Source: Burkholderiales bacterium
GTDB taxonomy: Bacteria; Pseudomonadota; Gammaproteobacteria; Burkholderiales; SG8-39
Assembly (NCBI GenBank): GCA_049802235.1
Contig: JBARMB010000096.1
Span: 7,473-71,472 of the forward strand
Direction of reading: 5' to 3'
Length of the DNA stretch: 64,000 nucleotides
The notes below the pieces were generated by a model. It did not search any database and was not told where the DNA came from. It saw only the letters and a program-made list of their open reading frames with translations. This document shows, piece by piece, positions 47,690 to 57,916 of the stretch; positions within the stretch are counted from its first letter, which is position 1, and every line of letters begins with the position of its first letter. The position numbers were made by a program, and so were the translations under genes.

Positions 47690-48898
47690 TCAATGCGCCG
47701 CCCACTGCACGCTGTTCAAATCGACGCCTTCCTTGTACATCTCCCACAACGGCGAGAGTTCGCGCAGCTTGCCGATCTTGGCGCGCAGCAGGTTCACGGT
47801 GTAGTCGATCTCCTCCTCGGTGGTGAAACGCCCGAGGGTGAAGCGGATCGAGCTGTGCGCGAGCTCGTCCGAGCGCCCCAGCGCGCGCAGCACGTAGGAA
47901 GGCTCGAGGCTGGCCGAGGTGCAGGCCGAGCCCGAAGACACCGCGACGTCCTTGATTGCCATGACCAGCGACTCGCCTTCGACGAAGTTGAAGCTGACGT
48001 TGAGGTTGCCCGGTATGCGGTGATCAAAGTCGCCGTTGACGTACACCTCTTCCATGTCCTTGAGACCGTTCCACAGCTTGTCGCGCAACATCCGCAGGCG
48101 CTCGCCTTCGGTGGCCATCTCGAGCCTGGCGATGCGGAACGCCTCGCCCATGCCGACGATCTGGTGCGTCGCGAGCGTACCGGAGCGCAGGCCGCGCTCG
48201 TGGCCGCCGCCGTGGATCTGCGCCTCGATGCGCACGCGCGGCTTGCGCCGCACGTACAGCGCACCGATGCCTTTCGGCCCGTAGACCTTGTGCGCGGTCA
48301 CCGTCATCAGGTCGACCTTCAACTTCTGCAGGTCGACGGGAATCTTTCCGGCCGCCTGCACCGCGTCGCAGTGGAAGATGATGCCCTTCGAGCGGCAGAT
48401 CTCGCCGATCTCGGCGATCGGCTGGATCACGCCGATCTCGTTGTTCACCATCATCACCGACACCAGGATCGTGTCCGGGCGGATCGCGGCCTTGAATTTC
48501 TCCACATCGAGAAGGCCGTTCGGCTCCGGATCGAGGTAGGTCGCCTCGAATCCCTGGCGCTCGAGCTCGCGCACGGTGTCGAGCACCGCCTTGTGCTCGG
48601 TCTTCACGGTGATGATGTGCTTGCCCTTGCCCTTGTAGAAATGCGCCGCGCCCTTGATGGCGAGATTGTTGCCTTCGGTCGCGCCCGAGGTCCAGATGAT
48701 CTCCTTCGGGTCCGCGTTCAGCAGCGCCGCGACATGCCCGCGCGCTTCTTCGACCGCCTTCTCCGCGCCCCAGCCGTACGCATGCGAGCGGCTCGCCGGG
48801 TTGCCGAACTGCTCGGTGAGATAGGGAATCATCTTCTGCGCCACGCGCGGATCCACCGGCGTGGTCGCGGAGTAGTCGAGGTAGATCGGAAATTTCAT
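47690..48898 (-). CDS. iscS: Cysteine desulfurase IscS
   Basis: 402 aa: [19 protein letters not shown]..., the PLP lysine context ([12 protein letters not shown]), and the active-site loop [21 protein letters not shown]. Confidence 0.95.
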   Translation of the reverse strand: MKFPIYLDYSATTPVDPRVAQKMIPYLTEQFGNPASRSHAYGWGAEKAVEEARGHVAALLNADPKEIIWTSGATEGNNLAIKGAAHFYKGKGKHIITVKTEHKAVLDTVRELERQGFEATYLDPEPNGLLDVEKFKAAIRPDTILVSVMMVNNEIGVIQPIAEIGEICRSKGIIFHCDAVQAAGKIPVDLQKLKVDLMTVTAHKVYGPKGIGALYVRRKPRVRIEAQIHGGGHERGLRSGTLATHQIVGMGEAFRIARLEMATEGERLRMLRDKLWNGLKDMEEVYVNGDFDHRIPGNLNVSFNFVEGESLVMAIKDVAVSSGSACTSASLEPSYVLRALGRSDELAHSSIRFTLGRFTTEEEIDYTVNLLRAKIGKLRELSPLWEMYKEGVDLNSVQWAAH

Positions 48899-48919
48899 TT
48901 TATTCTCCGCAATGTCTCT

Positions 48920-49387
48920 TCAGGCCGACACCGCGATTTCCTTGGGGCGCTTGTCCTGCAGCACCACCCGCTCCTGGTTCGCCGCCTGCTGCGCCACGAG
49001 GTCGGACAACTTCACCGAATCGAGGTACTCGTACATCTTCTCGTTCAGCTTCGCCCACAGGTCGTGGGTCATGCAGCGTTGCTCTTCCCCCAGGCAGTTT
49101 TCCCTGCCGCCGCACTGCGTCGCATCGAGCGGTTCGTCCACCGCCATGATGATGTCGGCGACCGACACCTTCTCGAGGCCGCGCGCGAGCGTGTAGCCGC
49201 CGCCCGGGCCGCGCACGCTGTCGACCAGCGCGTGCCGGCGCAGCTTGCCGAAGAGTTGCTCCAGATAGGACAACGAAATGCTCTGCCGCTGGCTGATGCG
49301 GGCAAGCGTCACCGGCCCGTTGCCTCGATGCATCGCCAGATCCAGCATGGCGGTCACTGCGAATCGTCCCTTGGTCGTCAGTTTCAT
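48920..49387 (-). CDS. iscR: Fe-S cluster assembly transcriptional regulator IscR (Rrf2 family)
   Basis: Starts MKLTTKGRFAVTAMLDLAMH (ATG 49387). It has the Rrf2 HTH and a Cys cluster (CGGRENC...C). Confidence 0.9.
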   Translation of the reverse strand: MKLTTKGRFAVTAMLDLAMHRGNGPVTLARISQRQSISLSYLEQLFGKLRRHALVDSVRGPGGGYTLARGLEKVSVADIIMAVDEPLDATQCGGRENCLGEEQRCMTHDLWAKLNEKMYEYLDSVKLSDLVAQQAANQERVVLQDKRPKEIAVSA

Positions 49388-49410
49388 GGTCGCGCTCCGA
49401 ATGTTCCGGA

Positions 49411-49463
49411 ATACCCGATAAACGTACTCAACTATAAGGTACTTGATTAAATCAGTCAACTAT
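49411..49463 (-). promoter_or_regulatory. Two tandem candidate type-1 IscR boxes upstream of iscR
   Basis: On the minus strand the boxes read ATAGTTGACTGATTTAATCAAGTAC (49463-49439) and ATAGTTGAGTACGTTTATCGGGTAT (49435-49411). They resemble the E. coli iscR-promoter sites (ATAGTTGAC...) as I remember them, and they lie in AT-rich DNA. Confidence 0.5.
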
Positions 49464-50203
49464 TTATTCGCGACCTTGGGCTCGGGCCTCAGGAGCTGCC
49501 GGCCCTGGTCCATCTCGGCTCTCAGCTCGCCAATCTGATTCAAAATCAATTCGATACGCTTATCCATCTCGAGGCTATGATCGAGCATTCCCTGCACCGC
49601 CTTGGCCAGCGGATCGTCCTCAGCCATGGCGGTGACGGCGTAAGCGGAAAATCCGAGCTTGGCGGCTTTCTCTTCGCGGCTCTTGTCCTGCTCATTAAGG
49701 ATGATGCGGGCCGGAATCCCGACCGCCGTCGCACCGGGCGGAACATCTTTCACCACCACCGCATTCGAGCCGATCTTGGCACCATCGCCGACCGTGAACG
49801 GTCCCAGCAGTTTCGCCCCCGCACCGATCACCACACCGCGTCCGAGCGTCGGATGCCGCTTGCCCTTGTTCCAGGTCGTGCCGCCGAGGGTGACGCCGTG
49901 ATAGAGCGTGCAGTCGTCGCCGATCTCCGCGGTTTCGCCGATCACCACGCCCATGCCGTGATCGATGAACACGCGCCGGCCGATGGTTGCCCCCGGGTGA
50001 ATCTCGATGCCGGTGAAAAAGCGCCCTGCGTGAGAGACCAGCCGGCCGAGCCAGCGCAGCTTCGCCTGCCACAGCCAGTGCGACAGGCGGTGGATGAGCA
50101 GCGCATGAAAGCCGGGATAGCAGGTGATGACTTCCCACGTCGAGCGCGCCGCGGGATCGCGCTCGAATACGCTGGCTATGTCTTCTCTGATACGACGAAA
50201 CAT
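49460..50203 (-). CDS. cysE: Serine O-acetyltransferase
   Basis: Starts [21 protein letters not shown] (ATG 50203). It has hexapeptide repeats ([34 protein letters not shown]). Confidence 0.9.
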   Translation of the reverse strand: MFRRIREDIASVFERDPAARSTWEVITCYPGFHALLIHRLSHWLWQAKLRWLGRLVSHAGRFFTGIEIHPGATIGRRVFIDHGMGVVIGETAEIGDDCTLYHGVTLGGTTWNKGKRHPTLGRGVVIGAGAKLLGPFTVGDGAKIGSNAVVVKDVPPGATAVGIPARIILNEQDKSREEKAAKLGFSAYAVTAMAEDDPLAKAVQGMLDHSLEMDKRIELILNQIGELRAEMDQGRQLLRPEPKVANK

Positions 50204-50256
50204 CGGTTTTCCAGGTAGTTGCATTGAATTATCGGAAACCGTAGTGAATTAGTCCA

Positions 50257-50991
50257 CTATTTTTTGCTCGGGTTCCCCTCGTCCCAGGCGCTGAGCATCC
50301 CGCGCAGGATGTTCACCTCCTCCTTCTCCAGCCGTGAGCGCGCGAACAGCCGCCGCAGGCGTTGCATCAACCGGCGCGGATTTTTCGGATCCAGGAACCC
50401 GCTGGCGCAGAGGCTGCGCTCGAGATGCGCGTAGAAATTCTCGACTTCCTCGTGGCGCGCGTACCCCTCCCGCGAGCTCTCCGGCGCCGGGCCGAGCGCA
50501 GCCATGCGCACTTCGTAGGCCATCACCTGCACCGCCTGGGCAAGATTGAGCGATGCGTAATCGGGAACCGCGGGAATGCGCGCCAGGCGGTTGCACTTCA
50601 TCACGTCCTCGTTGACGAGCCCCGCCGTCTCGTTGCCGAAGACCAGCGCCGCTTCTTCATGCTGCGCCGAGCGCACCAGCTCCTGCGCCGCGGCGCGCGC
50701 ATCGAGCGGCGGATGCGACAGATCGCGACGGCGCGCACTCATCGCCACCGCGAGCGTGGTACCGGCGAGCGCCTCCTCGAGCGAAGCGCAGACGTGCGCC
50801 GAATCGAGCACGTCGATCGCACCCGCGGCCAGCGCCCACGCCTCGGGGTCGGGAAAGCTCCTCGGGCACACCAGGTAGAGCCGCCCAAGGCCCATGGTCT
50901 TCATCGCCCGCGCCACGGCGCCGACGTTGCCGGGATGCGACGGATGCGAGAGGACGATGCGGATCCGCGACAGCGCCTCGAGTGAATTCAT
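50257..50991 (-). CDS. trmJ: tRNA (cytidine/uridine-2'-O-)-methyltransferase TrmJ (SpoU class)
   Basis: 244 aa: IRIVLSHPSHPGNVGAVARAMKTMG..., FGNETAGL, SLNLAQAVQVMAYE. Confidence 0.8.
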   Translation of the reverse strand: MNSLEALSRIRIVLSHPSHPGNVGAVARAMKTMGLGRLYLVCPRSFPDPEAWALAAGAIDVLDSAHVCASLEEALAGTTLAVAMSARRRDLSHPPLDARAAAQELVRSAQHEEAALVFGNETAGLVNEDVMKCNRLARIPAVPDYASLNLAQAVQVMAYEVRMAALGPAPESSREGYARHEEVENFYAHLERSLCASGFLDPKNPRRLMQRLRRLFARSRLEKEEVNILRGMLSAWDEGNPSKK

Positions 50992-51044
50992 ATTAGAATG
51001 CCGCGCTTCGCACTACCGCTCTTTTTCAATTCCAGGAACGACCC

Positions 51045-51842
51045 ATGCACCCGATGCTCGGAATCGCGGTCAAGGCCGCGCGGCGGGCCGGCGCCATCAT
51101 CAATCGCGCCGCGCGCGACGTCGACACGCTGGCCGTGACGCGCAAGCGCCACGCCGACTTCGTCACTGAAGTCGACAAGGCCGCGGAACTGGCCATCATC
51201 GATGTGCTTCGGCGCGCTTATCCTGACCATGCAATTCTAGCAGAGGAGTCCGGCGCCCAAGCCGGAAAAGCGGGCGGTTCCGAGTTCACCTGGATCATCG
51301 ATCCGCTCGACGGCACCACCAATTTCATCCACGGTTTTCCGCAGTACGCCGTCTCGATCGGCCTGCAGCACAAGGGCGTGCTCACGCACGGCGTCATCTA
51401 CGATCCGGCCAAGGACGAGCTTTTCACCGCCTCGCGCGGCCGCGGCGCCCACCTCAACGACCACCGCCTCCGGGTTTCAAAACGCGCGCACATGGGCGAT
51501 GCCCTGATCGGCACCGGCTTTCCGTTCCGCGAGTTGACGCATCTCGGGGAGTATCTCGCCATGTTCCGCGAAGTCACCGCGCACACCGCAGGGATCCGGC
51601 GCGCCGGCGCCGCGGCGCTCGATCTCGCCTATGTCGCCGCGGGCCGGCTCGACGGTTTCTGGGAAATCGGACTCTCGCCCTGGGACATGGCCGCGGGCGC
51701 CCTGCTGGTGCAGGAGGCGGGCGGCCTGGTCGGCGATTTCCGCGGCGAGCCGGGCTACCTGGAATCGGGTCGCATCGTCTGCGGCAATCCGAAGATATTC
51801 GTGCAGCTGCTGCAGCTCATCGGGCCGCCGGCAGCGAAATAG
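51045..51842 (+). CDS. suhB: Inositol-1-monophosphatase family protein SuhB
   Basis: 265 aa. Motifs are [22 protein letters not shown] and [15 protein letters not shown]. Confidence 0.85.
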   Translation: MHPMLGIAVKAARRAGAIINRAARDVDTLAVTRKRHADFVTEVDKAAELAIIDVLRRAYPDHAILAEESGAQAGKAGGSEFTWIIDPLDGTTNFIHGFPQYAVSIGLQHKGVLTHGVIYDPAKDELFTASRGRGAHLNDHRLRVSKRAHMGDALIGTGFPFRELTHLGEYLAMFREVTAHTAGIRRAGAAALDLAYVAAGRLDGFWEIGLSPWDMAAGALLVQEAGGLVGDFRGEPGYLESGRIVCGNPKIFVQLLQLIGPPAAK

Positions 51843-51861
51843 GCCGCTGTCCGGCAACGCC

Positions 51862-53424
51862 ATGCGCCGCCTGCTGCCGGCCCTGATCGCGGCGTCGCTG
51901 CTGTGGCTGTGCAGTGCTCGCGGCGCGGAGCTGCGCATCGGCCTCTCGGCCGACGTGACCTCGATGGACCCGCAGTTCCTCAATATCGCGCCGAACAACA
52001 ACATCGCCTGGCACGTGTTCGATGCGCTCACCCATGTCGACAACGACGCGCGCCTGATTCCGGGGCTGGCCACTTCGTGGCGGGCCATCGACCCGACCAC
52101 GTGGGAGTTCAAGCTGCGCCCCGGGGTGAAATTCCACGACGGCAGCGCGCTCACCGCCGATGATGTCGTGTTCTCGATCGAGCGCACTCTGCGCGTGCCG
52201 AACGGCCAGTTCGCGAGCTTCACGCGGCGCATCGTCGCGAAGCGGATCGTCGATGCGCACACGCTGCGCCTGAAGACCGCCACGCCATACGCAATGCTGC
52301 CCTACGACCTCGATTCGGTGTTCATCGTGTCGAAGAAGGCCGCGGCCGGCGCAACGAGCGCCGATTTCGATTCCGGCCGCGCGATGATCGGCACCGGGCC
52401 GTTCCGGTTCGTGCGCTTCGCGCGCGGCGACCGCGTCGAACTGGCGCGCAACGACGCTTACTGGGGGGCGCGTGACAAAAAACTCAGCGCCTGGGGCCGC
52501 GTCACCTTCCGCATCATCCCCAACGATCCCGCGCGCCTCGCGGCGCTGCTTGCCGGCGACGTCGATCTCATCGACAACCTGCCCACCGCCGACGCGGCGA
52601 AGCTGAAGAGCGATCCGCGCTACGAGGTGGTGCGCAAAGTATCCTGGCGCACTCTCTTTTTCACGCTCGACCAGGAGCGCGACGATCCGCCCTTCGTGAC
52701 CGACAAGTCCGGCAAGCCGCTCGGCCACAACCCGTTCAAGGACCTGCGCGTGCGGCGCGCGATCTCGATGGCGATCAACCGCAGCGCCATCGCCGAGCGC
52801 GTCATGGACGGCCTCGCGCTCCCCGCCGCCAACATCGTCTCGCCGCCGGTGTTCGGCTACGCGCCGGAGTTGAAGCCCCAGCCCTACGACCCCGAGGGCG
52901 CAAAGCGGCTGCTGGCGCAGGCCGGCTACGCGGAGGGCTTCGGCGTGACTTTGCACGCGCCGAACAACCGCTACGTCAACGATGAGCAAATCGCCCAGGC
53001 GGTGGCGCAGATGCTCGCGCGCATCGGCATCCGCGCGCGGGTGGAAACGATGCCCGTGGCCGTGTACCTCGGCAAGGCGCGCAGGCGCGAATTCAGCTTC
53101 GCCATGCTGGGCTGGGGATCTTTCTCCGGCGAGCTCGCGCTGCGCGCGCTGCTCGCGACGCCGGACGCGGACAAAGGCACGGGCGCATGGAACTGGGGCG
53201 GCTATTCGAATCCGCGCGCCGACGCGCTGCTCGAGCAGGCTTTCGCCACCCCCGGCGACGCCAGACGCGAAGCGCTTGCCCGCGAAGCGGCGGTGCTCAT
53301 GCTCGGCGACCTCGGGGTCGTGCCGCTGCATCACCAGATCGCGGTCTGGGCGCTCAGGCGCGGGCTGACCTATCCGGGCCGCACCGACGAGTTCACCTTC
53401 GCGCATCAAGTGCTGGCGAAATGA
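51862..53424 (+). CDS. ABC transporter substrate-binding protein, family 5 (DppA/OppA/NikA type)
   Basis: The start MRRLLPALIAASLLWLCSARG (ATG 51862) is a signal peptide inside the longer track ORF. The family-5 motifs include FKLRPGVKFHDGSALTADDVVFS. Confidence 0.85.
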   Translation: MRRLLPALIAASLLWLCSARGAELRIGLSADVTSMDPQFLNIAPNNNIAWHVFDALTHVDNDARLIPGLATSWRAIDPTTWEFKLRPGVKFHDGSALTADDVVFSIERTLRVPNGQFASFTRRIVAKRIVDAHTLRLKTATPYAMLPYDLDSVFIVSKKAAAGATSADFDSGRAMIGTGPFRFVRFARGDRVELARNDAYWGARDKKLSAWGRVTFRIIPNDPARLAALLAGDVDLIDNLPTADAAKLKSDPRYEVVRKVSWRTLFFTLDQERDDPPFVTDKSGKPLGHNPFKDLRVRRAISMAINRSAIAERVMDGLALPAANIVSPPVFGYAPELKPQPYDPEGAKRLLAQAGYAEGFGVTLHAPNNRYVNDEQIAQAVAQMLARIGIRARVETMPVAVYLGKARRREFSFAMLGWGSFSGELALRALLATPDADKGTGAWNWGGYSNPRADALLEQAFATPGDARREALAREAAVLMLGDLGVVPLHHQIAVWALRRGLTYPGRTDEFTFAHQVLAK

Positions 53425-53561
53425 TATAAAAGAAAAAGTGGCAACACAGGGATCACAGAGCACACAGAGAAAAGCCTCGAGAAAATGCATTTTTTCCTCT
53501 GTGATCTCTGTGCCTTCCCTGTGTTCTCGGTGTTAAGGTTTTTCGCTTTTTCCGGTCGCTA
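53425..53561 (+). repeat. Intra-operon word-array palindrome P3 (inverted blocks of ~9-nt CACAGAG words)
   Basis: AACACAGGG ATCACAGAG CACACAGAG AAAA (53443-53473), then a spacer, then TTTTCCTCTGTGATCTCTGTGCCTTCCCTGTGTT (53492-53525), then GGTTTTTCGCTTTTT. It fills the binding-protein/permease spacer. Confidence 0.8.
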
Positions 53562-54539
53562 ATGCTCGCCCACATACTTCGCCGCCTGATGCAGAGCGCC
53601 ATGGTGTTGTTCATCATGTCGCTGCTGGTGTTCGCCGGCGTATACGCGGTCGGCAATCCGATCGACATTCTCGTCAACCCGCAGGCCGACCAGGCGGAGA
53701 TCGCCCGCGCCACCGCCGCGTTGGGTCTCGACAAGCCGCTGCTCGATCAGTACCTGACTTTCCTCGGGCAGGCGGCGCGCGGCGATCTCGGCAACTCCTT
53801 TGCCTTCAACGTGCCGGCGATCCGGCTCATCCTCGAGCGCATGCCGGCGACGCTGGAGCTCGCGGTCGCCGCGACGGCGATCGCCGTGGTCTTCGGCATT
53901 CCGCTCGGTCTGTGGGCGGGACTGAAACCGGATTCGGCCGCCGGCAAAACCATCATGGCGGGCTCGATCCTCGGATTTTCGCTGCCGACCTTCTGGGTCG
54001 GGCTGATGCTCATCATGGTGTTCTCGGTCTGGCTCGGCTGGCTGCCCGCGAGCGGCCGCGGGCCGACGACGAGCGTGCTCGGCATCGAGGTGAGCGTTTT
54101 TTCGCTCGAAGGCTGGCGCCATCTCGTCATGCCCGCGGCCAACCTCGCCCTGTTCAAGCTGTCGCTCATCATCCGCCTCGCGCGCGCCGGCACGCACGAG
54201 GCGATGCAGCAGGACTACGTCAGGTTCGCCCGCGCCAAGGGACTGCCGGATTCGCGCATCGTCGGCGTTCACGTGCTGAAGAACGTCCTCATCCCGATCG
54301 TCACCGTCGTCGGCCTGGAGTTCGGCTCCGTGGTCGCCTTCGCCGTCGTCACCGAATCCATATTCGCGTGGCCGGGAATGGGCAAGCTGCTGATCGATTC
54401 GATCAACGTGCTCGACCGGCCGGTGATCGTCGCCTATCTCTGCATCGTCGTGACGCTGTTCATCGGGATCAACTTCGTCGTCGACCTGCTCTACTCGTGG
54501 CTCGATCCGCGGGTAAGCCTGACCGGGGCGCGCACGTGA
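53562..54539 (+). CDS. ABC transporter permease (DppB/OppB type)
   Basis: 325 aa: MLAHILRRLMQSAMVLFIMSLLVFAGVY...YVRFARAKGL (EAA-loop region). Confidence 0.85.
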   Translation: MLAHILRRLMQSAMVLFIMSLLVFAGVYAVGNPIDILVNPQADQAEIARATAALGLDKPLLDQYLTFLGQAARGDLGNSFAFNVPAIRLILERMPATLELAVAATAIAVVFGIPLGLWAGLKPDSAAGKTIMAGSILGFSLPTFWVGLMLIMVFSVWLGWLPASGRGPTTSVLGIEVSVFSLEGWRHLVMPAANLALFKLSLIIRLARAGTHEAMQQDYVRFARAKGLPDSRIVGVHVLKNVLIPIVTVVGLEFGSVVAFAVVTESIFAWPGMGKLLIDSINVLDRPVIVAYLCIVVTLFIGINFVVDLLYSWLDPRVSLTGART

Positions 54540-55420
54540 CGGGGCAGGAGCCGACGCCGCTGCGGCGCTTCGCCGCCGAATTCGCCGCGAGCCGCGTTGC
54601 GCTCGCCGGCCTGGCGCTGCTCGCGCTGATCCTGCTCGCTGCATTGCTCGCGCCGCTGATCGCGCCGCAGAACCCCTACGATCTTGCGCAGCTCGACCTG
54701 CTCGACTCGCGCCTGCCGCCCGGCTCGCGCTCCTCCGCCGGCGGCGTCTACTGGCTCGGCACCGATGCCCAGGGCCGCGACATGCTGTCGGCGATTCTCT
54801 ACGGCCTGCGCATCAGCGTCAGCGTCGGCTTCGCCAGCACCGCGTGCGGCCTGGCGATCGGCGTCACCCTCGGGCTGCTCGCCGGGTATTCCGGCGGCTG
54901 GCTCGACGCGCTGATCATGCGTCTCGCCGATCTGCAGCTCTCCTTTCCGTCGATCCTCATCGCTCTGGTGCTGCTCGCCGTTCTCGGCCAGGGGCTGGAC
55001 AAGATCGTCGTCGCGCTGATCGCGGTGCAATGGGCCTATTACGCCCGCACCGCGCGCGCCGGCGCCCTGGTCGAGCGCAGGAAGGAGTACATCGAGGCGG
55101 CGGCCTGCCTTGCGTTCTCGCCCGCCCGCATCGTGTTCCGGCACCTGCTGCCGAACTGCCTGCCGCCGCTCGTCGTCGTCGCCGCGGTGCAGGCCGCCGC
55201 GGCGATCGCGCTCGAAGCGACGCTGTCGTTCCTCGGCCTGGGGCTGCCGATCACCGAACCGTCGCTCGGCCTGCTGATCTCGAACGGCTTCACCTATATG
55301 TTGTCCGGCAAATACTGGATCAGCTTCTTTCCCGGACTCGCGTTGCTTGCACTCATCGTCGGCATCAACCTCGTCGCCGACCGGCTGCGCGACGTGCTCA
55401 ACCCGCGCTTGCGCAACTGA
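54536..55420 (+). CDS. ABC transporter permease (DppC/OppC type)
   Basis: The GTG start at 54536 makes a GTGA overlap with the preceding stop. Motifs include APLIAPQNPYD..., WLGTDAQGRDMLS and YIEAAACLAFSPARIVFRHLLPN. Confidence 0.85.
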   Translation: MTGQEPTPLRRFAAEFAASRVALAGLALLALILLAALLAPLIAPQNPYDLAQLDLLDSRLPPGSRSSAGGVYWLGTDAQGRDMLSAILYGLRISVSVGFASTACGLAIGVTLGLLAGYSGGWLDALIMRLADLQLSFPSILIALVLLAVLGQGLDKIVVALIAVQWAYYARTARAGALVERRKEYIEAAACLAFSPARIVFRHLLPNCLPPLVVVAAVQAAAAIALEATLSFLGLGLPITEPSLGLLISNGFTYMLSGKYWISFFPGLALLALIVGINLVADRLRDVLNPRLRN

Positions 55421-55462
55421 GCGGAAATTTACGCGGCCCCCGGCGGCGCCTATACTCGGCGC

Positions 55463-56626
55463 ATGCAAGCCCCCCGCCCTCAAACCGTCGAGCTGATCGA
55501 AACGCTGATCGGCTTCGACACCGTGAGCCGCAACTCGAACCTCGGGCTGATCGAGTGGGTGCGCGATTACCTCAAGCGCCTCGGCGTCGCATCGCGCCTC
55601 ACTTACGACGCCGCGCGTGCCAAGGCCAACCTGTTCGCGACGCTGGGCGAGGCGCGCGACGGCGGCCTCGTGCTCTCGGGGCACACCGACGTCGTGCCCG
55701 TGGACGGCCAGCCCTGGGACAGCGATCCGTTCAAAGCGGTGACGCGGGACGAGCGCATCTACGGCCGCGGCGCCTGCGACATGAAGGGCTTCATCGCCTG
55801 CACCCTCGCCGCGGCGCCGGCGTTCCTCGAAGCGCCGCTCAAGCGCCCGATCCATCTTGCCTTCACCTACGACGAGGAAGTCGGCTGCCTCGGCGCGCCG
55901 CTGCTGATCCGCGACTTGCAGGCGGCCGGCATCCAGCCTTCGGGCTGCATCGTCGGCGAACCGACCGGCATGCAGGTGATGACCGGGCACAAGGGCTTGC
56001 GCGTCTACCGCTGCAACGTGCGCGGGCTGGAAGCGCACTCTTCCATCGCGCCCTCCGGCGTCAACGCCATCGAGTATGCCGCGCGTCTCGTCGTCCGCAT
56101 CCGCGAGATCGCGCTCGAGCTGCGCCAGAGCGGCCCGCGCGATGAAAGCTTCTCGGTGCCCTTCTTCACCCTGAGCACCGGCACCATCAGGGGCGGCACC
56201 GCATCGAATATCGTGCCGCGCGACTGCGAGTTCCGCTTCGACTTGCGCACCCTGCCGGGCACGAGCGCCGACGAGCCCCTGGAGCGCCTGCGCCGCTTCG
56301 CCGCCGACACGCTGCTGCCCGAGATGCGCCGCGTCGCCGCCGATGCCGACATCCGCATCGAGCTGGAGGAAGACGCGCCCGCCCTCGACACCGCCGCCGA
56401 CCATCCCCTCGCCCGTCTCGGCGCGCGGCTCTCGGGCAACGGCCGGCCCGGGCGCGTGCCCTTCGCCACCGACGGCGGGCATTTCCACCGCGCCGGCATC
56501 GCGACCGTGGTCATCGGCCCAGGCTTCGTCGAGCAGGCGCACACGCCGAACGAATACGTCGCGCTGGAGCAGATCGTGAAGTGCGAGCGGTTGCTCGGGC
56601 GGCTGAAAGAAGAAATGTGCGCGTAA
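55463..56626 (+). CDS. argE: Acetylornithine deacetylase (M20 peptidase family, ArgE type)
   Basis: 387 aa: LIGFDTVSRNSNL..., LSGHTDVVPVDGQPW, GRGACDMKG, YDEEVGC. Confidence 0.8.
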   Translation: MQAPRPQTVELIETLIGFDTVSRNSNLGLIEWVRDYLKRLGVASRLTYDAARAKANLFATLGEARDGGLVLSGHTDVVPVDGQPWDSDPFKAVTRDERIYGRGACDMKGFIACTLAAAPAFLEAPLKRPIHLAFTYDEEVGCLGAPLLIRDLQAAGIQPSGCIVGEPTGMQVMTGHKGLRVYRCNVRGLEAHSSIAPSGVNAIEYAARLVVRIREIALELRQSGPRDESFSVPFFTLSTGTIRGGTASNIVPRDCEFRFDLRTLPGTSADEPLERLRRFAADTLLPEMRRVAADADIRIELEEDAPALDTAADHPLARLGARLSGNGRPGRVPFATDGGHFHRAGIATVVIGPGFVEQAHTPNEYVALEQIVKCERLLGRLKEEMCA

Positions 56627-56741
56627 GCGCCGGTTACAAAATGAGGGGGAACATCCCCTCATGCTCCCCTATATTGGAGGCCGTTTCGGTCATTCTGAAA
56701 CGGTCTCCAGGCGCCATGCGAATTTTCCAGGAGGAGGAACC

Positions 56742-56840
56742 ATGCTGAGAAAACTCGTCACTGCGGCAGCGCTGCTTGTGGCGGCGGCATCGGCCCAGGC
56801 GCCAGCCACAATCAAATGGCGTACAGTGAAAATTCCATGA
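56742..56840 (+). CDS. Possible 32-aa signal-peptide-only micro-ORF
   Basis: MLRKLVTAAALLVAAASAQAPATIKWRTVKIP. A strong GGAGGAGGA RBS lies 4-12 nt upstream. The stop TGA overlaps an in-frame ATG (56837) of the next gene as ATGA. Confidence 0.3.
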   Translation: MLRKLVTAAALLVAAASAQAPATIKWRTVKIP

Positions 56841-57916
56841 CAACGCTCTCTCGAACCGAGGCCCAGCAACGGGCCGATGAAATCCGGGTTTTCCGTCGCG
56901 AGTTGGACCGCCTGGAGCGCGAAGACATACTTGCGCTGACCGAGGCGCAGCGTCGCGCGGTGGCCGAGCACCACGATGGCCTCCTGGTGCGCTACACCCG
57001 GGCCTTCGACATCGATCCCGACGTGCAGGCCAGGCAGCTTTCGCTCGGCATGCGCATCGCCTCTTTCCTGGGCGCGCTGGCGCTGGCCGCAAGCGTGTTT
57101 TTCCTGTTCTACCAGTTTTGGGGCATGTTCCCGGCGACGACGCAGGTGGCGGTCCTGCTGCTCGCGGCGCTGGGCACGTTTGCGGCGACAGCATGGATCC
57201 AGGGCAAGGACGCCTCCGGCTACTTCACCAAGCTTGCCGCCATGGTTGCGTTCGCCTGCTTCGTGCTGAACATCGCCATGCTGGGCCAGATCTTCAACAT
57301 CACGCCCTCCGACAAGGCGCTCATCCCCTGGGCGGCATTGGCCCTGCTCCTCGCCTACAACTGCGATCTGCGGCTGCTGCTGGCGGCCGGGATTGTTTGC
57401 ATCATTGCCTTTGTTTCGGCGCGCATGGGAACCTGGAGCGGGATGTATTGGCTGTATTTCGGCGAGCGGCCGGAGAATTTCTTTCCGGCTGCCGCGGCGC
57501 TGTTTCTCGTCCCCCAGCTCATTCACCACGAGCGTTTTGCCGGCTTTGCCGCGATCTATCGCGTGTTCGGGCTGTTGACGCTTTTTCTGCCCATGCTGGT
57601 GCTCGCCAATTGGGGGCAGACGAGTTACCTCTACCTCGATCCCAAAACGATCCAGGGCTTTTATCAGATTCTCGGTTTCGCCGGCAGCGCCGGCGCGATC
57701 TGGCTCGGTGCGCGGCGCAACTGGCCCGAAGTGCTGAACACGGGAGTGACGTTCTTCGTGATTTTCCTCTACACCAAGTTCTTCGACTGGTGGTGGGAAA
57801 TCATGCCGAAGTATCTCTTCTTCATGGTGCTGGGACTCACCGCCGTGCTGCTTCTGTTCGTCCTTCGGCGCATGCGGACGGCGGCCGTTAACCTGTTCAA
57901 GGGGGATAAGCCATGA
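56837..57916 (+). CDS. Polytopic membrane protein, DUF2157-like
   Basis: An N-terminal soluble coiled segment (RADEIRVFRRELDRLERE) is followed by ~10 TM helices. The start is ambiguous (ATG 56816 or 56837). Confidence 0.6.
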   Translation: MTTLSRTEAQQRADEIRVFRRELDRLEREDILALTEAQRRAVAEHHDGLLVRYTRAFDIDPDVQARQLSLGMRIASFLGALALAASVFFLFYQFWGMFPATTQVAVLLLAALGTFAATAWIQGKDASGYFTKLAAMVAFACFVLNIAMLGQIFNITPSDKALIPWAALALLLAYNCDLRLLLAAGIVCIIAFVSARMGTWSGMYWLYFGERPENFFPAAAALFLVPQLIHHERFAGFAAIYRVFGLLTLFLPMLVLANWGQTSYLYLDPKTIQGFYQILGFAGSAGAIWLGARRNWPEVLNTGVTFFVIFLYTKFFDWWWEIMPKYLFFMVLGLTAVLLLFVLRRMRTAAVNLFKGDKP

